Source: Bacteroidales bacterium | GTDB lineage: Bacteria; Bacteroidota; Bacteroidia; Bacteroidales; GCA-2748055 | Length of the DNA stretch: 64,000 nucleotides | Assembly (NCBI GenBank): GCA_030673645.1 | Contig: DAOVIO010000004.1 | Coordinates: 4,641-68,640 of the forward strand | Reading direction: 5' to 3' | Part shown: positions 10,828 to 20,299 of the stretch, in pieces | How the letters are laid out: every line of letters starts with the position of its first letter | How positions within the stretch are numbered: the stretch's first letter is position 1 | Position numbers and translations under genes: made by a program | Notes under the pieces: generated by a model | The model's input: only the letters and a program-made list of their open reading frames with translations | Databases searched by the model: none | Told to the model about the DNA's origin: nothing

Positions 10828-11262
10828 TTATGCAGTAGGAGGACCCCGTAAACCTTGACTTAGGCTTACAAAACAGGAATATAATGAGGACTTAAGGCCG
10901 AAATGAATGTTGGAATATTCCGGTGGAACGTAACTGATGAAAACGGATTCATTCGGGATATTCCAGAAACCGTCAAAACCAGGATGATTATCTGCAGAAT
11001 CTAAGGTTTTTAGAAGATGCTCTAAATTATTTGATCGAAGAATGATCTCTTGTTCAAGAAGGCAAAAATGATTATCATCGTTAACATTATTATCATGATT
11101 GTGACGTGTATTATTATTATGGTTGTCTTCGTGGTCGGAATGACAGATATGGTTTATTATACAGATGTTGCTATCATGATGATGATGTGGCACAACAGCC
11201 AAAGCCAATAAAACAATATTGACCAGGATAGTAAAAAATAATGATGTTTTCTTTTTTATCAT
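10828..11262 (-). CDS. His/Cys-rich exported leader protein with C-terminal RGPP motif
   Basis: Hydrophobic N-terminus then VPHHHH, C..HIC, C-terminal GLRGPPTA; directly upstream of the RND operon. Confidence 0.75.
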   Translation of the reverse strand: MIKKKTSLFFTILVNIVLLALAVVPHHHHDSNICIINHICHSDHEDNHNNNTRHNHDNNVNDDNHFCLLEQEIILRSNNLEHLLKTLDSADNHPGFDGFWNIPNESVFISYVPPEYSNIHFGLKSSLYSCFVSLSQGLRGPPTA

Positions 11263-11321
11263 ATTTTAATTGTCACGACAAATGTAATGTTTATTTTTTC
11301 TTTATAAATTCCAAAGTAAAT

Positions 11322-12350
11322 TTAAATGAATACTACATAATTGAACAGATATCCAACCAGGATAATTCCCAGAGCCACAACTCCTATAAATACGCCAATT
11401 AGTTGCCACTTCAGAACCTTTTTAAGAATGATAATTTCCGGTAATGAAAGACCAATAACCGACATCATAAATGCAAGTGCAGTTCCCAGGGTAACTCCTT
11501 TTTCTATTAGTACGCTTACAATAGGAATAATTCCAGCAGCATTGGAATAAAGAGGAATTCCAACAACGATGGCTAAAGGAATAGAATACCAATTTTGATT
11601 TCCTAATGCCCCGGCCAGATATTCGTCAGGCACAAAACCATGAGCTCCGGCCCCAACGGCTATTCCAAGAATGATATAAATCCAGATTTTTCCAACAATT
11701 TCTTTGACTGTATTTAATCCAGAAGAAATACGATCATTTATAGAAGGTTTTTCCTCTAAGGAAACACTGTGTTTTGCATGAGTATTGAATACCCATTCAG
11801 CCACATATTTTTTCAGATTCAGCTTTTCGATGATAAATCCGGCCATTATAGCAATTACCAGACCGGTAAAAACATAAATAACCGCTACTTTCCATCCAAA
11901 AAGTCCGATAAGCAATACAAGTGCTACTTCGTTAATCATAGGGGCAGCAATAAGGAATGAGAAAGTTACTCCAAGCGGAATCCCTGCCTCCACAAAACCT
12001 AAAAAGAGAGGGATTGCAGAGCATGAACAAAATGGGGTTACAATTCCCAGAAAAGAAGCCATTACATTTCCAGCAAATAATGATTTTCCCTCAAGTGCTT
12101 TGCGCGTTTTTTCAGGCGAAAAAAAAGTTCTGATAATTCCAACAATGAAAATGATAAGCACCAATAGCATCATAACCTTTGGAACTTCATAGATTAAGAA
12201 TCCAACAGATTCTGTCAAATGCGCTTCATGTGGCATTTGAAAAATTCGTAATACAATAAAATCAGAGAATACCTGAAGATTATTATAAATAAATATCCAT
12301 ACAGGAATCAACAATAACAGGATTATTATTTTCGTATTTAGTTTTTTCAT
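11322..12350 (-). CDS. arsP: ArsP/DUF318-family permease
   Basis: TPFCSCSAIP, FLIAAPMINE, GIPLYSNA, LSLPE motifs; ars-cluster context. Confidence 0.85.
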   Translation of the reverse strand: MKKLNTKIIILLLLIPVWIFIYNNLQVFSDFIVLRIFQMPHEAHLTESVGFLIYEVPKVMMLLVLIIFIVGIIRTFFSPEKTRKALEGKSLFAGNVMASFLGIVTPFCSCSAIPLFLGFVEAGIPLGVTFSFLIAAPMINEVALVLLIGLFGWKVAVIYVFTGLVIAIMAGFIIEKLNLKKYVAEWVFNTHAKHSVSLEEKPSINDRISSGLNTVKEIVGKIWIYIILGIAVGAGAHGFVPDEYLAGALGNQNWYSIPLAIVVGIPLYSNAAGIIPIVSVLIEKGVTLGTALAFMMSVIGLSLPEIIILKKVLKWQLIGVFIGVVALGIILVGYLFNYVVFI

Positions 12351-12369
12351 TTTTTCTATCAATTATTTT

Positions 12370-12487
12370 CTCGGCTATTCACCAGTACCCTTCGGCTATC
12401 TCTGGGATCGCAGGCTCAGGGCGGCGCTCAGTACCCTTCGACAGGCTCAGGGCTGCGCCCAGCAACCAGAACCGAGCGAAGCGAGCT
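12370..12487. repeat. Cluster of CCCTTCG...GCTCAG REP-like elements
   Basis: agtacccttcg occurs twice; cccttcgacaggctcaggg; ccgagcgaagcgag; GC-rich patch in AT-rich context. Confidence 0.65.
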
Positions 12488-12598
12488 CAACGACTGAAAG
12501 GAGTTAAACCAGTAACCAGTCCAGTGTGCGGGCAAAAACCGCAATTTTGAATTGAATATAACAGTATCATGTTATATAGTAGCAACCATCCACCACCC

Positions 12599-13306
12599 TC
12601 ACCCCCAAACAGCAATAATATAATACACACCCATCCCAATAAACAGTATTGAGACAATCCTTCTAAACCAATATTCAAAAGATTTGATCTTATTATAAAG
12701 CTTCCCAGCACCAGAAATTGTATATGCTATTAGCCAGGCAAAAATAATCACGGGAATCCCAGTGGCAATAGCATAAACGGCTGGAAGATAAAGCCCTGCG
12801 GCCGAATTGATCGAAAGTGGGACTAGAATTCCAAAATATAAGACTCCACTATAGGGGCAAAAGGCGAGGGCAAATACGAGACCTAAAAAAAATGCTTGCC
12901 AGTAATTATGACCTGATCTTTTTGTGCTGATTTTTTGTGTCAAACCAGAAAAGCCGGGAAAGTTTATCTTTATCAGGCCAAGCATAAATACACCGATAAT
13001 AATTAATAGGGGTCCGATAATTTTTTCCCCATTTTGCTGAAAAACCCCGGATATTTTGAATTGATCTGCACCAAAATAGAGAATCAATGCCAAGGCCGTA
13101 TAGGAAAATATCCGGCCTGAAGTATAGATAAGCCCTTTGTAAAACACTCGCCTTTTCTGTTCAATATCTTTGCCAATAAACCCAATGGCTGTAATATTGG
13201 TTGCCATCGGACAAGGGCTAATTGCGGTCATTAAACCAAGCAGTATTGCTGAAATAACCGGAGCTGAGTTATTCAGGTATAAATCGTTTAGAAAGCCTTC
13301 CAGCAT
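12599..13306 (-). CDS. arsG: ArsG-family (DsbD/CcdA-like) membrane protein
   Basis: ISPCPMATNI and LAFCPYSG motifs; context trx-arsF-arsG. Confidence 0.8.
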   Translation of the reverse strand: MLEGFLNDLYLNNSAPVISAILLGLMTAISPCPMATNITAIGFIGKDIEQKRRVFYKGLIYTSGRIFSYTALALILYFGADQFKISGVFQQNGEKIIGPLLIIIGVFMLGLIKINFPGFSGLTQKISTKRSGHNYWQAFFLGLVFALAFCPYSGVLYFGILVPLSINSAAGLYLPAVYAIATGIPVIIFAWLIAYTISGAGKLYNKIKSFEYWFRRIVSILFIGMGVYYIIAVWG

Positions 13307-13728
13307 TATAGTAACTCGTCCATCTTTGTTTTAATAATCTCATGGAATTTTTCAGGATTAGAGCGGGCTTGCATAAATCCCTGACTTGTCAGGTTAACAT
13401 GCTTGTCACCTTTAACTAACAACAACGATTGTCCAGATAGCTTTAAACCATCAGCAATTTTTTTGCTATTCTTATTATCCAGATTCAATGAAGTAAAATG
13501 GATTATTCCTTTTTCCATTTCTTCAGCATAGAATTTTTTTAATGCTGTTTTTGTTTCGCTCTCAACAGCACTACAGGTAGGGCATCTCTTGGTAAAATGG
13601 AAATAATAGACCTCAATGTTTTCGGCTACTACTATATCCTTCTTGGCCAAATCAACTTTTTGGGCCTGAATAGTATTCATCGTTCCCAAAATGAATAATG
13701 AAATAAGAAAAATTCTTAATGTTTTCAT
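13306..13728 (-). CDS. arsF: ArsF-family thioredoxin-like exported protein
   Basis: Signal peptide; VYYFHFTKRCPTC. Confidence 0.78.
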   Translation of the reverse strand: MKTLRIFLISLFILGTMNTIQAQKVDLAKKDIVVAENIEVYYFHFTKRCPTCSAVESETKTALKKFYAEEMEKGIIHFTSLNLDNKNSKKIADGLKLSGQSLLLVKGDKHVNLTSQGFMQARSNPEKFHEIIKTKMDELL

Positions 13729-13732
13729 GTGT

Positions 13733-13972
13733 TTATAATTTACTGGTTAGCAATTCTTTAAGATCAGATAATTTTGGTATAACTCCCGTCAGTACCACTT
13801 CCTCATTAATGACCAGTGCCGGTGTGCGCATTACGGAGTATTCCATAATCTTTATAATATCTTCTACTTTTTCTACTTTCACGTTCAAATTTAATTCTTC
13901 AACTGCTTTTAATGTGACTTTTTCCATTGTTTTGCATTTAGCACATCCTGTTCCCAATACTTTTATTTCCAT
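13733..13972 (-). CDS. Small redox-active disulfide protein (thioredoxin family)
   Basis: MEIKVLGTGCAKC...VMRTPALVIN; ATG at 13972. Confidence 0.9.
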   Translation of the reverse strand: MEIKVLGTGCAKCKTMEKVTLKAVEELNLNVKVEKVEDIIKIMEYSVMRTPALVINEEVVLTGVIPKLSDLKELLTSKL

Positions 13973-13993
13973 AATTTTCAGATTTAATTCGTA

Positions 13994-14011
13994 GTTCGCA
14001 AAAGAACGAAC
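13994..14011. promoter_or_regulatory. Putative ArsR operator (copy 2)
   Basis: GTTCG-N8-CGAAC between arsR and trx; same geometry as the copy at 14332-14349. Confidence 0.6.
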
Positions 14012-14027
14012 AGACAAAGCAAATTTT

Positions 14028-14321
14028 TTAAGTTTTTATAAAGTTTGAAAATAAGCTTTGAGCTATTTCCCAGTTTTCGTTATTTAAACAATATTTGATT
14101 TTTGGGGACTCTATCTCTCCCTGAATAAGGCCTGCATCTTTAAGCTCCCTTAGATGTTGTGATAAAGTAGATTTTGCAATTGGAAGCACATCGCTTAAGT
14201 CTCCGCTATAACAGCAACTTTGGGAGGAAAGCAAATGAAGGACGTAGATGCGTACAGGGTGACTCATGGCTTTTGCAAAACGCGCGAGCCTGATCTGATC
14301 ATCAGTAATAATTTTTTCCAC
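14028..14321 (-). CDS. arsR: ArsR/SmtB-family repressor
   Basis: KAMSHPVRI, SCC, STLSQHLRELKDAGLI, YC; probable GTG start at 14321. Confidence 0.92.
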   Translation of the reverse strand: MEKIITDDQIRLARFAKAMSHPVRIYVLHLLSSQSCCYSGDLSDVLPIAKSTLSQHLRELKDAGLIQGEIESPKIKYCLNNENWEIAQSLFSNFIKT

Positions 14322-14330
14322 CTTTATGCT

Positions 14331-14356
14331 TGTTCGTAATTTACCGAACAAAGATA
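14331..14356 (-). promoter_or_regulatory. arsR promoter (-7 box) overlapping a putative ArsR operator
   Basis: TGTTCG-N8-CGAACA at 14331-14350; TATCTTTG on the minus strand at 14356-14349. Confidence 0.65.
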
Positions 14357-14496
14357 TAAACTTTTATTGGTTTGTTATACTAATTGGGGAAAATATGGAA
14401 TATGTTATTTAGAAGAATAGAATTTTTCAATAAAATATTGTCCAGGAATTAAAATGGTACTAATTAGTATAGCTATTTGTGTTCAGGAATATTCGA

Positions 14497-15129
14497 TTAT
14501 TTTTTTCTGAACAATGTATAAATATATTCCCTGGTATCTCCCGAAGGCATTGTATAAGTAAAATCAAAATTTTCAATTAATTCAAAATCAGATCCCATTT
14601 GCTTTACAAGCATATTTTTGTCATATCGATGAACCCGGAGACCACTACACATAGGTGCTCCATTCAAATTGAAACCAGCAATTATTGCAAAACCTTTTGG
14701 TTTAAGCAGATTTTTCAATAATGTAAAATAGGTATTTTGTTCTTTCTTATCAGTGAAAAAATGCATTACTGCCCTGTCATGCCATAGATCAACTTTTTCT
14801 ATTGTTTTCAGAACAGTAGGTTGGGTTAGATCATCAATAATCCATTTGACTTTTTTGCTTTCTGTGCCCAGAAGGCCTTTAAGCTCATCTAATGCTTCAT
14901 GGCTAATGTCGTTTGCAATGATATTTGTAAATCCGCGATTAATTAATTCCCGAACAAGGTTTGTTGCACCAGCCCCAACATTTAGAAGCATGGCATCTTT
15001 ATTAAAACGGCACTTTTCGATTAACCGTAATGAGGGTTCTGGATATTCTTCATGCCATCCAAGCTTTTCAATCGATGATCTCTTGTAGGCATTATTCCAG
15101 TGAGAAGCTAAATCTTTTTGACCTTCCAT
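14497..15129 (-). CDS. Class I SAM-dependent methyltransferase
   Basis: HW..AY, NVGAGA, DIS, LWHDRAVMHF, CSGL motifs. Confidence 0.85.
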   Translation of the reverse strand: MEGQKDLASHWNNAYKRSSIEKLGWHEEYPEPSLRLIEKCRFNKDAMLLNVGAGATNLVRELINRGFTNIIANDISHEALDELKGLLGTESKKVKWIIDDLTQPTVLKTIEKVDLWHDRAVMHFFTDKKEQNTYFTLLKNLLKPKGFAIIAGFNLNGAPMCSGLRVHRYDKNMLVKQMGSDFELIENFDFTYTMPSGDTREYIYTLFRKK

Positions 15130-15201
15130 TGTTTATATTATCTAATAATCATCTTATTAACACAAGTAAAATGAAAATTGTTTAAAACAACGACATATCA
15201 T

Positions 15202-15951
15202 TTAACGATTTTCTTCGTCGAATATTGGGGTGTATCTTTTCAGATATTTTAAGATGAAATATAAGATAAAGGTTATTGCTGCTGTATAAGCAAGCCAGGA
15301 GTTTAAAACAAGGCTACCGGTATTAATATAATCTCCAATAGCTCTAAATATAAAGAATACCAGGAAAATTGCAGCGAAGCCGTTTTTTTCTTTCTTAAGG
15401 GCTTTTTTCCAGCTAAAGGACATACTTGGAGAGCTGAAATTCTTAGTTGAGGGGAGAAATGCCGGTGTTTTTTTTGACCAGTCTAGGTAAACTTCACCAA
15501 ATTTTCTTCTAAGGAACTGTTCTTCTGCAAACATTATGCGTTCATAATAGATCCAATAAATCAGGACAAATGCAAACATATACCATAAGCTTTGAACCAG
15601 CATCGCTATTCCAAGCCACATAAAGAGATTCCCTACATATAAAGGATGCCTAACCATGGAGTATATCCCTGTTGTGTTCAATACATCTGCCTTTTGAATT
15701 TTTGTATTTCTTCCAGATGTGTTTTCAGGAGTATAACCAACAGTGTATATTCTGATTCCCAGGCCAATAAAACTGATTATTAAACAGAGCAACTCATAAA
15801 TTTCAAAAGGAATATAATTTTCAAATCCGGTTGAATTCATTCTTGAAAAAACAAAAACAATTATTCCGGTAACCAATAAAATTAAGGGTATTGAACCCCG
15901 ATATTTAAATAATTGACTACCCTGACTTTCGAATTCTTCTTGTAATGCCAT
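15202..15951 (-). CDS. Isoprenylcysteine-carboxylmethyltransferase-like membrane methyltransferase (LmtA-like)
   Basis: TSGRNT, LNTTGIYSMVRHPLYVGN, YYERIMFAEEQFL, TPAF. Confidence 0.8.
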   Translation of the reverse strand: MALQEEFESQGSQLFKYRGSIPLILLVTGIIVFVFSRMNSTGFENYIPFEIYELLCLIISFIGLGIRIYTVGYTPENTSGRNTKIQKADVLNTTGIYSMVRHPLYVGNLFMWLGIAMLVQSLWYMFAFVLIYWIYYERIMFAEEQFLRRKFGEVYLDWSKKTPAFLPSTKNFSSPSMSFSWKKALKKEKNGFAAIFLVFFIFRAIGDYINTGSLVLNSWLAYTAAITFILYFILKYLKRYTPIFDEENR

Positions 15952-16213
15952 ATTAATTTCTATTTATGCCAAATATTTATCTTGATTTGGAACAAGTCTT
16001 TGATGGAGTGGATTACAATAATTTTCTTTAGCAGAATATATTTGAAGCCCATTTTTAAGGGATTTATCCATCGAAAATATTGTTGAAGTTTGAGTTTACA
16101 ATAATAGAAAATTTCCTGAAACTTTAAAAGAGGTAATTATCACATCCTGGGCTTTTTGAAATAAGCACAACTTCACTTTCAAGGGACACCCCTGCTTTAA
16201 GATTATTAAATGC

Positions 16214-16463
16214 TCAGAATAAAATCTGAGAATAGTCCAACGGAATTAGAAATTTTTTATTGACTACACTATCTGTATTAGCATATTCAGGCCTTACTTT
16301 CATTTCACTCCATTCCGGACTTGCGCCAAATTTTTTCCAGTTTGCGATCCTTTCGTCCATATCTTTAAACCACAGCATATACATCAGAGCTGGCAGCAGC
16401 TTGTCCGGTTACAGCGGCCCCGGCAAGTATAGCAGAGCCTTTAATGAAATGTCGTCTTTGCAT
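16214..16463 (-). pseudogene. NIPSNAP-family gene remnant with internal deletion
   Basis: Tat leader MQRRHFIKGSAILAGAAVTG from 16463 joined out of frame to a NIPSNAP C-terminus LPALMYMLWFKDMDERIANWKKFGASPEW...LIPLDYSQILF*. Confidence 0.7.
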
Positions 16464-16469
16464 GGTTTA

Positions 16470-16655
16470 TTTTTTAGTGGAATTTCGCTTTGACTGCTCA
16501 TTAAAACCAGCTCCCTCAGGATAATCTGGTAAATGTCCTCCTGGATGCTCAAGAAGCTCACCGTAAAGAGAGCTATGCTCCGGATTCTGAACATCGGAAG
16601 GTATTTCTTTACCTCCGTTAAAAAACCATGCATTTTCTGCGCGATGAGATGATAA
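16470..16655 (-). pseudogene. Internal fragment resembling a GH29 alpha-L-fucosidase
   Basis: Startless frame LSSHRAENAWFFNGGKEIPSDVQNPEHSSLYGE, recognised from memory of Bacteroidetes GH29 sequences. Confidence 0.5.
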
Positions 16656-16776
16656 ACAAAAATGAAATCAGGAATTGATTGAGTTTTTCGGAGAAAATGT
16701 ATAAATTCAATCCCGTAACTTACCTCATTCCAGACAAGAGTGAACAGGCAGTTTTCTACATTTATAGTCTAAGAGC

Positions 16777-17586
16777 TCAATAATCAGAATATTCAGTAGG
16801 ATATAGATAATACTTATCACTATGAGAAACACTATTCTTGTATTTCTCTACTGCTTTTAATTCCAACCATTCAGGAGCTTCGCGAAAAGCAGTCCAATGA
16901 GCACTCTGGCTTGCCTCATCTGAGAAGGTGGTCATATACATTAGGTTGGGCATTTTTGGTCCTGAAATTACAGATGCATAAAATACAGCATTGAAATCAA
17001 GGCTCGCAAAAAGTTTTACTTCACCGCCTGCATTGAACATATCAACCTTAGTTTTGTGATAATTTTCTGTTGCAGACTCATAACTCCTTAATTCATAAAC
17101 CCGATCCTCTCTCGGATCATCTAATTTTGGCGTTTCCATAAAGGGCATATCTTCAAATGCTATCATCAAAGTTGATTCAATACGCTGATAAGGAGGCTGG
17201 TCATAGCTGGCATTAATATATTCACTCCCGGCAGTCAAATAAGCTTCGTCCTTTGCAAGCTTTCCCTCGAGTGAATTAAACTGTTCTAAAGTAGAAAATG
17301 GAATTAATACATAAATCTTTTTTAAAGAGTCGGTACCTGGTCTTGGCTTGAATACACCAACATTATTAATCCCAAGTTTTTTAAGACCCGGAAGAAAGGC
17401 TTCTTTAAGATAATTATCAGTAGTTAATTCTTGTTCATCTGTATCAAGAGTATATGTTTTAAACTGATAGTATTCCCTAGCTTGTTCTGTAGAAGTATTT
17501 TCGGCAGTATTATCAGAATTTGTTGTGTTACAGCTTATGATAGAAAAGACCATAACGATAAGAAGAAGAAATTTTGATGATTTCAT
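16777..17586 (-). CDS. NIPSNAP-family lipoprotein
   Basis: Lipobox IISC; RVYELRSYES, MFNAGGE, PNLMYM, HW.AF...PEW, LYPTEYSD. Confidence 0.85.
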   Translation of the reverse strand: MKSSKFLLLIVMVFSIISCNTTNSDNTAENTSTEQAREYYQFKTYTLDTDEQELTTDNYLKEAFLPGLKKLGINNVGVFKPRPGTDSLKKIYVLIPFSTLEQFNSLEGKLAKDEAYLTAGSEYINASYDQPPYQRIESTLMIAFEDMPFMETPKLDDPREDRVYELRSYESATENYHKTKVDMFNAGGEVKLFASLDFNAVFYASVISGPKMPNLMYMTTFSDEASQSAHWTAFREAPEWLELKAVEKYKNSVSHSDKYYLYPTEYSDY

Positions 17587-17931
17587 GTTTCGGTATTTTA
17601 ATTATTTTTACTAATAATATTTAAAGATTAGGATATTAAATCTTTTTATCAAAGATAGCACATTGAATTAATCGAGCGAACGAAATATTAATAAAAGTAA
17701 AAATCAGATATGTCCGGAAATAAATAAAAATCAATTTATAGTGATTGCATGTCCCTGAAAAATTGAGTAATTTTATACGAACCTTCAGAATAAATTTTTA
17801 TACGAGAAAGTGTGAATTTAACTGATGTCTGATATACCGGTGATTAATTTATTTGGAGAATCAACTAATAATTTTATTGTCTACCTGTTTTTTCAAATGC
17901 TGAAAAATTAAATCTTATAAAAAGTAATCTT

Positions 17932-19281
17932 ATGACAACAAATTCGAGAAGGAACTTTATTAAAAAAACTACTGCCGCTTCAGTAGCGATCTCCCTGGGA
18001 GGCTCTCTTCCCTCATTTAGTGCAAAAAGTTACCGTCGCATTATGGGATCAAATGAAAGATTAAGAGTATCTGTGATGGGTGTAAATTCAAGAGGAACAG
18101 CTTTGGCTACAAATTTTGCTCGCCAGAACGATTGCGATGTTGTTAACATTTGTGATGTAGATAGCAGAGCAATTGTAAAATGTCAAAAAGAATTAGAGAA
18201 ATATCAGGACATAAAAACTAAAGGTTTTAGGGATTTTCGGGAATCCCTGGAAGATAAAGATATTGATGCAATGGTTATTGCTACTCCCGATCATTGGCAT
18301 GCTCCGGCTGCTCTACTGTCAGCACAGGCAGGAAAACATGTCTATCTGGAGAAACCCTGTAGTCATAATCCAAATGAAGGAGAAATTCTTATAAAGGCAG
18401 CGTCTATTTATGGGAAGGTCATACAAATGGGCAATCAACGTCGATCTTTTCCCAATGTTGTAGATGGTATCCAGGAATTAAAGAATGGTGTTATAGGACG
18501 CGCCTATTTTGGCAAAGGGTGGTATGCCAATAACCGTGAGTCGATAGGAATAGGGAAAGAGACTGCTGTACCCGAATGGCTCGATTGGGATCTGTGGCAA
18601 GGGCCAGCTCCCAGAAAAGCATACAAGGACAATATTGTTCATTATAATTGGCACTGGTTCTGGCATTGGGGAACAGGTGAAGCATTGAATAATGGTACAC
18701 ATTCCGTCGATTTGTTACGCTGGGGACTTGAAGTGGATTATCCCTTAAAAGTGAGTTCGAACGGGGGAAGATACCATTATAAGGATGATTGGGAAACGCC
18801 AGATACACAGGTGATTAATTTAGATTTTAAAGAGGATGTTACTATAACCTGGGAAGGGAGAAGTTGTAATAAAAAATTGATTGAAAAAAGTTCTTCAGGA
18901 TGTATGTTTTATGGAGAAAAGGGAAGTATGTTGTTTCCCGGGGGTAATAGTTATACAATTTTCGATCTTGATGATAACATTATAAAGGAGATAAAAGAGG
19001 AACACAAGTTTGATCCGACAAATTTGGTTAATCCTTCTGAACAGCTTGACATTATTCATATCAGGAATTTCTTTGATGGGATTCGCATTGGAAGAAACAA
19101 ACTTAATGCAGATATAGAATCCGGACATAAAAGCATATTACTTTTACAGCTTGGCAATATTGCACAGCGAGTAGGTCATTCTCTTGAAATTGATCCTACA
19201 AACGGACATATTCTGAATGATAAAGAAGCACAGAAATACTGGTCAAGGACTTATGAAAAAGGCTGGGAAATGAAACTATGA
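17932..19281 (+). CDS. Tat-exported Gfo/Idh/MocA oxidoreductase
   Basis: SRRNFIK leader; IATPDHWH, LEKP, QMGNQRRS, WDLWQGPAP. Confidence 0.92.
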   Translation: MTTNSRRNFIKKTTAASVAISLGGSLPSFSAKSYRRIMGSNERLRVSVMGVNSRGTALATNFARQNDCDVVNICDVDSRAIVKCQKELEKYQDIKTKGFRDFRESLEDKDIDAMVIATPDHWHAPAALLSAQAGKHVYLEKPCSHNPNEGEILIKAASIYGKVIQMGNQRRSFPNVVDGIQELKNGVIGRAYFGKGWYANNRESIGIGKETAVPEWLDWDLWQGPAPRKAYKDNIVHYNWHWFWHWGTGEALNNGTHSVDLLRWGLEVDYPLKVSSNGGRYHYKDDWETPDTQVINLDFKEDVTITWEGRSCNKKLIEKSSSGCMFYGEKGSMLFPGGNSYTIFDLDDNIIKEIKEEHKFDPTNLVNPSEQLDIIHIRNFFDGIRIGRNKLNADIESGHKSILLLQLGNIAQRVGHSLEIDPTNGHILNDKEAQKYWSRTYEKGWEMKL

Positions 19282-19306
19282 TATTTCACTGAAAATTATT
19301 CAATTA

Positions 19307-20299
19307 ATGAAATCGAGAAGATCATTTTTAAAAACCATAAGTAAAGGTGCTGCATTTTCTACCATTGCTCTTTACTCAAATACTGCTTTTTCATCGCAAG
19401 GCTTGTCACAAGCTGACAATGAACAGAAACGAATCCGGATTGGGATCATCGGCGCCGAAAATTCGCATACGATCAGCTTTGGAAAAATGTTTAATATTGA
19501 AAATAAATTTCCCGGAGTAGAGCTTAAGTATGTCTGGGGAGAAACTGATGAGTTTGCCAGTAATGCAGCGAAAAAGGGCAATATTCCAAACATAGTCAAA
19601 GATCCCGGTGAAATGTTGGGAAAGATTGACGCACTTATTGTTGACCATCGCCATGCTATGTACCACCTGGAGGCAGCAACTCCTTTTGTTAAGGAAGGCA
19701 TTCCAACTTTTATCGACAAGCCATTTTGCTACAGATTAGATGAAGGAAAAGAATTTTTAGCAATGGCCAGGAAGTATGGAACTCCAGTAACCTCATACAG
19801 TTCGATAGCACATAGTAAAACTACTTACGATATAAAAAAGCAGGTAGAATCAATGGGGAAAATCAATCAGGTAGTGCGTTATGGCCCTGTAGATGTTGAA
19901 TCGGTATATGGAGGCATATTTTTTTATGGCGTACACCTTTTGCAGCCGTTGATGAATATTTTTGGTGAAGATGTTGAAAGGGTGAAGGTAACAAGAAACA
20001 ATCAAAAGGGTAGTGCAAGCCTTATTTTTAAAAGCGGATTATATGCAACACTTATTTTTAAAAATGTATCCAGGGGCTGGGAAACTTTTGTTGAAACGGA
20101 AGAGGGTCTTGTTGAGCTCAAATCTCGTGTAGAAGAAAGTGATCCGGGAATAAATAATGTGGACATGGTTGAAATGTTCAGAACAGGAAAAGAACCCAGA
20201 AGCCATGAAAGTATATTAAATGGTGTGGCTGTGCTTGAAGCGCTGGAGAAATCGGTTGAGAGTCAGAAATGGGTGGAGGTAGGCTATAGCAATGGTTAA
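19307..20299 (+). CDS. Tat-exported Gfo/Idh/MocA-like oxidoreductase
   Basis: SRRSFLK leader; RIGIIG, FIDKP, YGVH. Confidence 0.8.
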   Translation: MKSRRSFLKTISKGAAFSTIALYSNTAFSSQGLSQADNEQKRIRIGIIGAENSHTISFGKMFNIENKFPGVELKYVWGETDEFASNAAKKGNIPNIVKDPGEMLGKIDALIVDHRHAMYHLEAATPFVKEGIPTFIDKPFCYRLDEGKEFLAMARKYGTPVTSYSSIAHSKTTYDIKKQVESMGKINQVVRYGPVDVESVYGGIFFYGVHLLQPLMNIFGEDVERVKVTRNNQKGSASLIFKSGLYATLIFKNVSRGWETFVETEEGLVELKSRVEESDPGINNVDMVEMFRTGKEPRSHESILNGVAVLEALEKSVESQKWVEVGYSNG

